From Octopus sinensis (lineage: Eukaryota): a stretch of 64,000 nt of DNA. Made by a program: the position numbers and the translations under genes. The notes below the pieces were generated by a model that saw nothing but the letters and a program-made list of their open reading frames with translations, ran no database searches and was not told the origin of the DNA. Of the stretch, positions 24,331 through 34,911 are shown in pieces. Numbering within the stretch: the first letter of the stretch is position 1; each line of letters begins with the position of its first letter. Location of the stretch: positions 52,204,001-52,268,000 of the forward strand of contig NC_043008.1 in the NCBI RefSeq assembly GCF_006345805.1, in the 5' to 3' direction.

Positions 24331-25469
24331 AATACTTTTTTACCAACAGAGGTAGGAGCTCTCTGGACTTTGCCCAGCCTATTCTTATTCTAGCAGTTAC
24401 ACTCTTGGAGCATCCACCTCCACTACTGAGTTGGTCATCTAGGTAATGGAAGCTATCAACTACTTCTAGTTTTCCCACCTGGCATTTCATGGAGTCTATT
24501 CAATTTAGCTTAGTTTTGGCAAATACTTTGCAATGTGTACTTCTTAAAATGCCCCTATGCCTCTTGTCTGTTATCACCTGTTAATTCCATTTCCCAGGGT
24601 AATCCAATAGTACGAGTATACACATGGAACTCCTTTCAGCTTAGGATAAATATAATAAAAGCAACAATAAAACGTGGATAGAAATCCACAGGTCTCATTA
24701 ATGTCTCACAACATATGTTTCTACACTGCACACCATCATTAGGTAACAATTTTCCATATTCATATCATTTTACTTAAGTTTGCTCTTAATAATTATAAAT
24801 TCGAATGTTTTCTTAGTTCCATTGTGGATGCTTCCTCAGCCATTGCATTGATAAGTTTCTGCATGCCAGATTAACTGACCTTAAGGACACTGCTTTACAC
24901 CAATCAAATAGCTTCATTCCATTGGTGAATGTGACTTATGACTAACCACAGAGAGGCAAAAAACAAAAAACAAATAAGTAAAAGAGCCAGACCTCCTAAT
25001 CAACTGATGGGTGTTGCTTATGAAGAAAAAAACTTTAGGTCATTTCAACATTTTCCATTCAAAAATAATGAAAAGGACAGAAAGGATAATAGTCATGCAA
25101 ATTAAGTGCAAAGTCTTCTAGTACATTTCCTGGTTATATTTATCTAGTCTTCTTTAGACTAAAATGGAGATAATGATGATCCATCGGCTGTTATAACATC
25201 TTTGTTTTCCTCCTCTCCTCTAGACCAAGGGAAAGTAAATCTTTCAATGACATCTTTTGACGCTTGCTTAAATATTATAGTTTTTTATGTTCTGCAATGC
25301 CCTGCTGAGCTAGATTGTATACATATTTTAATTATTACTTGCTGGATTTCTACCTACTAATCTCTTAAAGAGATGCGCTGTTCATTTTTAGGAATGTACC
25401 CTCCCTATTTACTAATACTTTCTGGTTTAGCTGAACTTTATATATATGTGTGTGTGTATATATATATAT

Positions 25470-26490
25470 GCTGGTGACAAAGGGCTTCTTGCACAGAGTA
25501 AAAGGCAGACTGTATGATGCATGTGTACAAACAGCCATGCTACATGACAGTGAAACATGGGCCGTGACTGCTGAGGACATGCGTAGGCTTGCAAGGAATG
25601 AAGTCAGTATGCTCCAATGGATGTGTAATGTCAGTGTGCATACTCGACAGAGTGTAAGTACCTTGAGAGAAAAATTGGACCTAAGAAGCATCAGATGTGG
25701 TGTGCAAGAGAAACGATTGCGCTGGTATGGTCATGTGGCGAAAATGGATGAGGATAGCTGTGTGAAAAAGTGCCACACACTAGCAGTGGAGGGAATCTGT
25801 GGAAGAGGTAGACCCAGGAAAACCTGGGATGAGGTGGTGAAGCATGATTTTCGAACATTAGGCTTCACTGAGGCAATGACTAGTGACTGGGACCTTTGGA
25901 AATATGCTGTGCTTGAGAAAACCCAGCAAGCCAAGTGAGACCATAACCTCATGGCCTATGCCAGTGGTGTAACCAGCACACTTATGAGTACCTTTCCTTC
26001 ATTGGACACTAAACTCTGCTTGCGAAGACTTGTTGAGGCAAGTGAAATCGAATTCGATGAGTGGCATCCATGCTCGTGGAGCACTAAGGGCACCATCAGA
26101 GTATGATTGTTGCCAGAGCAGCAAACTGGCTTCCGTGCCGGTGACATGTACACAGCACCATTTGAGTGTGATCATCACCAGCATTGCCTTGCTGCCACTT
26201 GTGCTGGTGGCATGGGGAAAATATTCGAGCAAGGTCGTTGCCAGTGCCGCTGGACTGGCTCCTGTGTGGGTGGCACGTAAAAAACACCATTTGAGTGTGG
26301 CCGTTGGCAGTACTGCCTAAATGGCCCTCATGCTGGTGGTATGTAAAAGCACCCACTACACTCTCGGAGTGGTTAGCATTAGGAAGGGCATCCAGCTGTA
26401 GAAACTCCGCCAGATCAGATTGGAGCCTGGTGCAGCCATCTGGTTCGCCAGTCCTCAGTCAAATTATCCAACCCATACTAGCATTACCTC
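25470..26490 (+). mobile_element. RTE-clade LINE, 3' fragment
   Basis: ORF 25450-25938 (RTE C-terminus) and tandem-repeat 3' UTR; the 5' junction lies in (AT)n. Confidence 0.9.
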
Positions 26491-27064
26491 TGAAATTGGT
26501 TTAGATGCCTTCTATCCACAATGTTCCATTATATAGAACTCAAGCTTAGAAAGAGATACTGATACTGGTAACTTCACTGATTGAGTAATTCCATATTCCT
26601 ATTCAGAACTGTACATATTCTGGAGAGTATTTAATAACATTGATGATGAAGAGGTGAGTGGATATTCTATTCATGTCCGAAACTTCTTTATTTAAAAGTT
26701 TTCTACAGCATATATCTGATCTACATATATTTCGACTGCAGTGACTGCACATTGCTTTGTATGCAAATTTGCATTCTAGTAATTGCAATTTCACTAAGGG
26801 CCTGTCACTCATGACATTTTCCAAGTGAACTGATTCAGACAAGCATCTTGCGTTGGTATTCAGTTGAAGATAATAGTGTTATCAACACACACACAGACAC
26901 ACATATATATATATAGCAAATAAGAAAATGGAGAGGATAAACAATCGACATACATCAGCCAGTAAACATTCATTATATCTATCTATTAATTGATTACAAA
27001 CATATGTGTGAGTGATCCAAGTAACCAAATAAAATAAGCCAATAAATACATAAACAGATATATA

Positions 27065-27274
27065 TACTCTTTACTCTTTTATTTGTTTCACTCATTTGAC
27101 TGTAGCCATGCTGGAGCACTGCCTTTAGTCAAGCAAATCGACCCCGGGACTTATTCTTTGTAAGCCCTGTACTTATTCTATCGGTCTCTTTTGCCAAACC
27201 GCTAAGTGATGGGGATGTAAACACACCAGCATTGGTTGTCAAGCAATGCTAGGGGGACAAACACAGACACACAA

Positions 27275-27351
<77 letters not shown>

Positions 27352-27520
27352 CATATATACGACAGGCTTCTTTCAGTTTCCATCTACCAAATCCACTCAC
27401 AAGGCATTGGTTGGCCCGGGGTTATAGCAGAAGACACTTGCCCAAGGTGCCAGGCAGTGGGACTGAACCCGGAACCATGTGGTTGGTAAGCAAGCTACTT
27501 ACCATACAGCCACTCCTGCC
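27065..27520 (-). mobile_element. tRNA-headed SINE family A, full length, with internal (CA)n
   Basis: A/B box head at about 27460-27520, body, (TG)n and tail ending AAAGAGTAAAGAG. Confidence 0.85.
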
Positions 27521-28557
27521 ATATAGAAATAAATGAATAATAATAGATGAGTGTACAAATACTAAACTCTTACAGCCATTTCTACCATGAGGCTGCCAAA
27601 TCTCCCAAGTTATCCTCATCCCGTCAGTGATATACAGGGATGAACAAACATTGGACAGGGATTGGACAATAGTTGAGCCCCAAGGCTTCTTCAGAGAGTC
27701 CACATGTTAGGAAACTAACATGTGGGAAAGTAAATTAAGATAATAGAGTGAGATGAAATAAAAATAATGGAATAGAAGGGAATGGTAAGAACTTCATTTT
27801 AAGGTGCTATTATAATCCTTGGTATTACATCTTATGGTAAATAAATAAAGTCACTCCCAGGAGAAATTTCCACAGGCTGCAGTTTACATCATGTTTACAT
27901 TATACTGGGGGAAATAGCGAGGGTAATATGTTGTGTGGTGAGTTTAATGGTATGGTCCATGTCACAGGGGTCAGAAGTTACAGGCTAACTGCTATTTAAT
28001 AGATATAGCATTATAAAAGGAGTTGGCAGAAATAACTGAAATTGAATCTGTTAGGGGAGATTTAATACATAAGTATATCAATGCAAAAAAGTTAGGTAAA
28101 ACCTTAGTGCAATGTTACTATTTGTTGCTTATTGACAGAAACCTAATCCTAATACCCCTAAGTGTAGTAGGGTGAAGTCAAACTCAACCCTACAACTTAA
28201 TTGGTCAATTCTTGCAGATAATTAGACCCAGATAAGTGAGGAAAACTGCTCTTAGCTATTCAGACATGTACTTGATATCAAAAATACTGTCTATAATATT
28301 TATAAAATGCAGATTCCAGGATAGGTGAATAGAATATAAGTGAGTAACCAAGAGGTAAGGTGTCAATCCATTACAGTCATTTCCATTGATTCTTTTAATT
28401 GTTTAATAATAATAATGAAATTATTGTATACAGTGCTCAGGTGCACCACAACTCGTCAGAAAGTGCGTATAAAGTACATGCAGTAATGTAGAAATGTCTG
28501 GAAAGCGAACAGTGTATGAGTCAGATACATGCTTGTGTGTGTATGGAGAGGAGAAGA

Positions 28558-31374
28558 TCAGGTGTAGTGTTGGCGAATCTCAGGAAGCATGGAAGTTTTG
28601 AAGGATGCAGTGCTGCGACAACTAACAACTGATGCCGGCAGTTTGTTCCATGCTTCAGCAACTCTTAGTGTGAAAAAATGTTTCCTGAAGTCATGGGAGC
28701 TGTGCTGTTTTCTTACTTTGTAAATATGTCCATGGGTGTTAGATGGGTGGAGTTTGAAAAGGTGGTCAGAGTTATTGTTTGTACGATGGTTGATAATTTT
28801 ATGGGTGTCTGCCAAGTCAGCTGCCAGACGTCGGAGTTTCAATGTGTCCATGCCCAGGGAAGTAAGGCATTCAGGATATGGCAAATGCCTAATTGAGGGT
28901 ATTCTTTTGGTTGCACATCGCTGAACGGCTTCCAGACGATTGATATCTTGGGCAAGATAGGTGTTCCAGACCGGTGATGCAAATTCCAGGTGAGGTCTTA
29001 CCATAGCTATATAAAGCCGCAGATAGATAGCTGGAGAGCGGCTCACAAAGGATTTGGTGAGTGATGCCAAGACACCCTCAGCCTTCTTGACAATTTTAGC
29101 GATGTGTTTTGTCCAACGCAAATCACTGTTGACAATAACACCCAGGTCACGTTCACTTGAAGACTTTTTGAGACTAGTGTTGTGGAGGGAGTAGGTGGAC
29201 GCTGGGTTTCTCCTCCCAAAATGCATGGTGGTACATTTGTCCACAGCCAGCTTGAGTTGCCAGTCCATGATCCACTGCTGCATTGTGTCCAGGTCTGCTT
29301 GCAATAGAGATCTATAGTGTACAGGATTTGACCTCTTTATTTCGAGGTACAGCTTGATGTCATCTGCATATTTCAGCACTGTGGCATTCTTTAAGTTGGC
29401 ATCTATGTCATTAACATATGCAACAAATAAAAGGGGGCCAAGAACAGATCCCTGTGGTACACCAGATGTCATCTCATAGGGTAAAGAGTGCTGTCCTAGA
29501 ACTGTGACAACCTCTTTTCGGCTGAAAATAAAGGACTTCAACCAGTTATAGAGTTCGTCTCTTACACCCAACGCAGAAAGCTTCACCATAAGTCTTTTGT
29601 GTGGCACAGAGTTAAAAGCCTTAGCAAAGTCCAGGTAAATAACATCCACCCAGGATCCGCGATCAGTGATTTGGGTAACGTCCTCAAGAAACTCGATGAG
29701 TTGATTACAGCAGCTGGAGTTAGGAATAAATCCGAATTGTGATGGCTGGATGAAGCTGTGAGACTTCCAGAAGTTCCAGAGGGTTTCTCTGATATAGGAT
29801 TCCATCAGTTTGGTGATGCAGCTAGTTAGACTGACGGGGCGATAGTTGACAGGCGATGTGCGGTCGCCTTTTTTGAACAGAGGGATGACACTGGCAGTTT
29901 TCCACTGTTCTGGAGTAACACCATTGTCAAGACAGAATTGGAAGAATAGAGAAAGTTGGCTTAGAAGAAAGTACCCACCGCGTTTGAGAAGTAGGTATGT
30001 AACACCATCGAGACCAGGAGAGGCATAATTGCGTTTATTCTTAAGGTGGCATTGCAGCATTGCTGGTGTAAATTGCATAGTAGATATAGAGTCCGATGTC
30101 AGTGGTGATGAAGATAGAACATTTTGGTCTTCGACAGTAAAGATGCTGGCATAGCATCCAGCAATGATTTCTGCACATTCTTCGGGATTGCCAGTAATCT
30201 GTCCTGTGTGGGGATTGCGAAGGGGACCAACAGGAGAGTGGGGCCTCTGCTTTGAGTGCACATACTTCCAGAACACTTTGCTGTCAGGGTTAGCTGCAAA
30301 GCGTTGTTCAAATTCAAGCACTGCCTTTTTTGTCACCTGCTTGAGGTGGTTGGCTGACCTATTGCACTTTTTCCTGTTGCTCTCTGATTTGTGCAATTTG
30401 TATTCCCGTTCAGCATTACGGCGTTCTTTCCTGGCAAGTCGGACTGCTGCAGTCTCCCAAATTGCACTATAGGGTGGTTTTTTGTGCTTGCGTGGTACTG
30501 ATGCTGCACATGCTGCCCATATTGAATTCAGAATGTTCTGGAGTATAGTGTCCACATCTCCTGAGACATAAAATTTGCGCCAGTTTGGGCGTTGCAGCTC
30601 AGTACAATAAGAGCTCCAGTTTGCTTTATTCCAGTCAAAGTGGGCAGTCTGAAGATGGTTGTGTTTTTTGTTACAACCAATCAGAGACAAGTCGGCCATG
30701 ATCATGGAATGATCAGAGTCACCTAAAGGTTCTTCGGTAGTGACACTAGTGATTGTTTCAAGAGAAGCGGTAAGTAGCAGATCCAAAGTGTTGTTACCCC
30801 TTGTGGGGGAGGTAACAACTTGGGACCAATTTGAATTCAGCACCAGTTCAAGGAAATCGTCTGCACTTTGTGGCCAACGGAAGGCCTCCCAGTCAATCTC
30901 AGGGAAATTGAAGTCCCCTGCAATATACACATATGTGGCTGTTTTCATGGCAGCAGCTCTGAGGATATCAAAAAGCTGTGCGTCTTGGCGATAATTTGGA
31001 GGACGGTAAACGACTTCGAGCAGAAGTGTTGACATGGTCATGTATATATTGCAGAAAAATACCTCCTGCTGAGATTGGTTCAAATCATCACAGGGGATTG
31101 CCGATAGACTTGATTGAACATAAATCATCACACCCCCTCCACGGCGATTTATGCAGTCTTTGCGGAACAGGTTGTAGCCGGCTATGCTGAAAACTCCATC
31201 ACAGAGTGCAGAGTGTGCCCATGTTTCCGTGACTGTGATGAAATCTGGGTTGATACTTTTGACGTAGGAGACAAAAAGATGCACCTTGTTGCATAAACTA
31301 CGCGCATTCAAGGACAGCAGTTTATATCTGGATTTCAGATGATGATATACAGGGGATGGCTTGGTTAGTTTCCC
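28558..31374 (-). CDS. LINE ORF2: APE endonuclease plus reverse transcriptase, uninterrupted but without an AUG upstream of the catalytic residues
   Basis: LNARSL, VTETW, GGGV, VYRPP, GDFN, LDL, SDH (APE); NYRPVSL, QFGF, YLDFAKAFNSV, GVPQGSVLGPLLF, KYADD (RT). The frame is open from about 31418 to 28558, and the track's 'M' at 31311 is TTG. Confidence 0.9.
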   Translation of the reverse strand, partial: GKLTKPSPVYHHLKSRYKLLSLNARSLCNKVHLFVSYVKSINPDFITVTETWAHSALCDGVFSIAGYNLFRKDCINRRGGGVMIYVQSSLSAIPCDDLNQSQQEVFFCNIYMTMSTLLLEVVYRPPNYRQDAQLFDILRAAAMKTATYVYIAGDFNFPEIDWEAFRWPQSADDFLELVLNSNWSQVVTSPTRGNNTLDLLLTASLETITSVTTEEPLGDSDHSMIMADLSLIGCNKKHNHLQTAHFDWNKANWSSYCTELQRPNWRKFYVSGDVDTILQNILNSIWAACAASVPRKHKKPPYSAIWETAAVRLARKERRNAEREYKLHKSESNRKKCNRSANHLKQVTKKAVLEFEQRFAANPDSKVFWKYVHSKQRPHSPVGPLRNPHTGQITGNPEECAEIIAGCYASIFTVEDQNVLSSSPLTSDSISTMQFTPAMLQCHLKNKRNYASPGLDGVTYLLLKRGGYFLLSQLSLFFQFCLDNGVTPEQWKTASVIPLFKKGDRTSPVNYRPVSLTSCITKLMESYIRETLWNFWKSHSFIQPSQFGFIPNSSCCNQLIEFLEDVTQITDRGSWVDVIYLDFAKAFNSVPHKRLMVKLSALGVRDELYNWLKSFIFSRKEVVTVLGQHSLPYEMTSGVPQGSVLGPLLFVAYVNDIDANLKNATVLKYADDIKLYLEIKRSNPVHYRSLLQADLDTMQQWIMDWQLKLAVDKCTTMHFGRRNPASTYSLHNTSLKKSSSERDLGVIVNSDLRWTKHIAKIVKKAEGVLASLTKSFVSRSPAIYLRLYIAMVRPHLEFASPVWNTYLAQDINRLEAVQRCATKRIPSIRHLPYPECLTSLGMDTLKLRRLAADLADTHKIINHRTNNNSDHLFKLHPSNTHGHIYKVRKQHSSHDFRKHFFTLRVAEAWNKLPASVVSCRSTASFKTSMLPEIRQHYT

Positions 31375-32682
31375 AAGATTTTTGTATTGCCAGTTGTTGT
31401 TGTGGGTGTAGTCTGCTCAGTCCAACTGGCATCCCTTATCCACGACTCACCAGACTTGACAAATTTCCAGATCTGTCCATCATCGTAGAGGCTAAAACTC
31501 TCCCGTGGCACAGAGTTGCGATTTAGGGAAGCCACAGATCTTAGCTTTGGGCGTACATCAGGTGGTAGGCCAGGACATGTTCTAAAGTTGATAATGTTGT
31601 CACGCCGAGCTCTGTCAGCAGCCAGATGGAATGTCTTTGCCTCAGTAAAGCCCGTAAACAACAGCCTGATCAGCCTTGGTTTGGATCCCGGTCGGCCAAG
31701 GCGGGAAGCACTTTTTGGAGGGACACAGCTGAGATCCCTAGCTGTGTTTCCAATGAATGCCTGCAGATCTGCCACATCTTCTGGCACTCCGATGGCTATT
31801 AATTCACGAGTGGCTGGTTCAGCAACTCCCTTGATGCATTGAGGTTCTGTACGAGCTACAGGTAAGTTGCTGAGCAGGGCACTCCGATATGACCCTTCGC
31901 TGCGAGTTTTTGGACAGACACTGGTTCTGAGTCCTGCTACTTCACGACTCAAAGCAGAAATCATTCGTCTAATTTCTGCAACTTCTGTGCTGATGGTCGA
32001 TCTCTGTTTTAGTTGGGAAGCATCAGGAGAGGAGGGCATGGTTGGTTTTTGTTCCTGCTGATGTACTTCAGCTGGAATGATCAATTTTTGTTGTCGAAGA
32101 GCAATAGGGGAGGAAGACATAGGGGGTTTAAGTTTCTGTTTTTGTTGTTCTTCAACATGAATGGCCGATTTTTGTTGCTGCTGTTGAAGAGTGACAGGGG
32201 AGGAAGACACGAGCGAGCGGATTCAGTTTTTGCTGTTGTTCTTTATCAACAGGACTGGTTTTGGAAGACAAAGTAGTCGGTTTTTGCTGTTCAGCAGCAA
32301 TGGCAGCGGAAGACACGGTTGTCGGGTTTTGTTGTTGCTGTTCAGCAGCAATGGTGGCAGGGGACACACAAGTCGCCACACAAGTCAGGCAATGAAACGA
32401 CCAGTTTGGTAGCTGGACCATTTCCCAGAGTTTATCCATCATAGAAGTATGGTGTCCTTTCTTTTGACCTGGGATCTTCTGAAAGTTTGTGGCACATTGA
32501 AAGCAGATCGAAACACGACAGATACTGCATTCAACCCATCTATTTCGGAAGGAATTTTCGACTTTTGTGCATAGATGACAGATGTGATTTGCCGGGCAAC
32601 GTTCTATTGTAGGACAGCGACCAGTTTTGTCGCATGGCTCATCCGCGGATGATACCGTGGCAGTTTTGTTCTGTCTGCCCAT
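31365..32682 (-). CDS. LINE ORF1 with N-terminal PHD-like finger and Gln/Ser-rich repeats, split by a 4-bp duplication
   Basis: ATG at 32682; CHLC...WVECSICRVSICFQC...FHCLTC; repeated SSSP..LQQQ units; frameshift at GAGCGAGC (32211-32218). Confidence 0.8.
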
Positions 32683-33650
32683 CCGTACTGTGGTGCAAGG
32701 TAAACAAAGAAAGGAAGAAGAAAAAAAAAAGTGAAGATACAGCACACTTGTTAGGGAGATAAATAAGATGTTATTATTTGTTGTTGTTATTGCTGTTAAC
32801 TGTTTTCGCTTTCCACATTGTATGTGTGTATACAAGATGCAATTATATGTGTAATCAAGAGATGTAAGGAGTCAATGGTTGGTGTGTTTATAATGCACGC
32901 ACTTGTTAGGGAGATTTCACACGGTTAAATATCATTTGACGTGGAGGGAGGGCTGAGGGTTTGTTTTTACTGTAAATTCTCTTTTCTCCCAACGCAGAGA
33001 AAGAAAGGGATTTTTCATTGGTGCCACCGGTATAATTCAGACACGGGGAAAAACATCTCGGTGTCATCATCAACTTGTATGTTTCTAATTGTAGCGGTAG
33101 TAGTAGCAGCAGTAAATTCTGATAGCAGCAGTAGTAATAGCTGTAGCAGCAACTACTGCTTTCATAAAGTGAGATGAAGAAGAACGGTGGGTCAAAGAGA
33201 GTTCAAATGTCTGCTATGGTGTTGATGGAACTTGCAAACAGTGACCTTGACTTTGAGAAAAAAATCAAGGAGGGGCCGACTATGAACAGTACTTGTGAAT
33301 AGAGTCGTGTACAAGCAGAGAGAAACTATAAAGAGTATTTTTTCTTTTCATTTTTTTTTCTTCTTATTCTCCATGTGTTTATTTCTGTGATTGCAATAAA
33401 AAGTATGTTTGCATATTTCGGGTAGTCAAGAAGAAAATAAATGTTAGCAGGTGCTTACGTACATAATTTTAGCGTGCATTTAATTGTGTTGTTACAATAA
33501 AGGCATTTTTACATAATCTGATACTCAAGGAAGAGGTGACGATAGAATGTTCACACAAAAAATGGAGATATTTATGTTCCTAAAACTTTTGTCCCAAACT
33601 GTAGGTTTGTAAGTCTTTAACTTATTTTGAGGGAAATTCAAATTACTCAC

Positions 33651-33787
33651 AGAAAATAGTAGATCTTCCAGTAATTACAGTTGTTTATCAGTAGTCCTGC
33701 TGGGTTGTATTTGTTATTCTGTGTCTTTGGCCGCTGACAGGTCGGAGCAGGAAAACACGTCAGCCTCTGCTGAAGGCTGGATTTTGA
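33651..33787 (-). CDS. Candidate host-gene exon
   Basis: ttcttag| acceptor, TCT|gtgagt donor, 137 nt open (phase 0 to 2), ending ...NNCNYWKIYYF(L). Phase-compatible with exon 34577-34685. Confidence 0.55.
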
Positions 33788-34576
33788 CTAAGAATAATTC
33801 ATTAGATTTTGATCATCAAGTCTGACCTCACACGTTTAAACCTTTTACTCGTTTCAGTCATTAGACTGCGGTCATGCCTCGAAGAATTTTTAGTCGAATG
33901 TATCGACTCCAGTACTTACATTTTATAATCCTGGTACTTATTCTATCGGTGGCTTTTGCCGAGCCACCATGTTACACACCAGCACCGGTTGTCAAGCAGC
34001 AGTGGTGGGGTGACAAGGTGAGTATCTATGAGAGTTCTAGACAGAGAATTTACAGTTTATAAAGGAATAAAGCAGTAGGTATAAGAATAAAGTGTAAAAC
34101 AGTAGATAGAAGAATACAGAGAGGCGAATGAGGTTCACAGCTTCTTTCAGAGGGTATGGAGATTGGTTCGAACTTCCTTGAAGGTATAGGTCCTTAAGTA
34201 TAAGCCCAGGTAAATCCAAGCAGTATTTTGAATATTGGGTTCATGTTGAAGGGACAGATGAAGTGGTTAGTTTGTATGAAAATGGTCTACGTGGGTATAT
34301 AGACTGATAAAGACAGAAGCATTACATGAAAGCATTATATCATTAAAAAGAAACCGTTTTGTCAGATGTATTCATGAACTTCAAACATAAAGGACAATTC
34401 AACTGATTTAACAAAATATTTGCATTGATTCTGCTACAACTGAATAGTAGCAGAATCAATGTAAATATTTCTATTCTGTGGATTTGTAACTATGTGAAAT
34501 CAGTCGAATTTATGTTCGAAGATCATGAATTCATCTCTCTCTCTCTCGATATATATATATATATATACATACATAC

Positions 34577-34685
34577 ATGTAGTGAAAAAGATTTCAGTAA
34601 ATGTAAGGAGAAAAGGAAGTTGATAATTTGGATGTCTCTTAGGAAAGATGTGTAATAACAAAATAACTTTAGTAGTTTAAATGAT
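34577..34685 (-). CDS. Candidate host-gene exon
   Basis: ctttacttctttttctttcag| acceptor, CAT|gtatgt donor, 109 nt open only in phase 2 to 0: SFKLLKLFCYYTSFLRDIQIINFLFSLHLLKSFSLH. Confidence 0.55.
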
Positions 34686-34911
34686 CTGAAAGAAAAAGAA
34701 GTAAAGATAGATATAGAAATTGAAATCTATTTCAAGTTTTTATAATATCTATTTATTTATTTTTGGTGGAAAGAGCTTTATGATCTTTCAAAGCCACTAA
34801 AACTAGTGGAAGAAAGGGAAAAATATTTATTGTTAGACCAGATACCTTGACCAAACTCCTACTTGCAGAGTGGACTATGCTAGAGGTACTCAAAGACCAA
34901 GTGGTGATATT

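Larger units (their letters stand above)
28404..33050 (-). mobile_element. CR1-clade LINE, near full length (PHD-finger ORF1, APE-RT ORF2, (ATT)n tail)
   Basis: Two-ORF layout, tail at 28404-28415, 5' UTR with a duplicated GCACTTGTTAGGGAGAT. The 5' boundary is uncertain. A 5'-truncated sister copy lies at 61505-62283. Confidence 0.9.

Noticed and set aside
26603-26842. Cys-rich ORF as a host exon
   Set aside because: No convincing acceptor/donor pair in a compatible phase and no recognisable domain.
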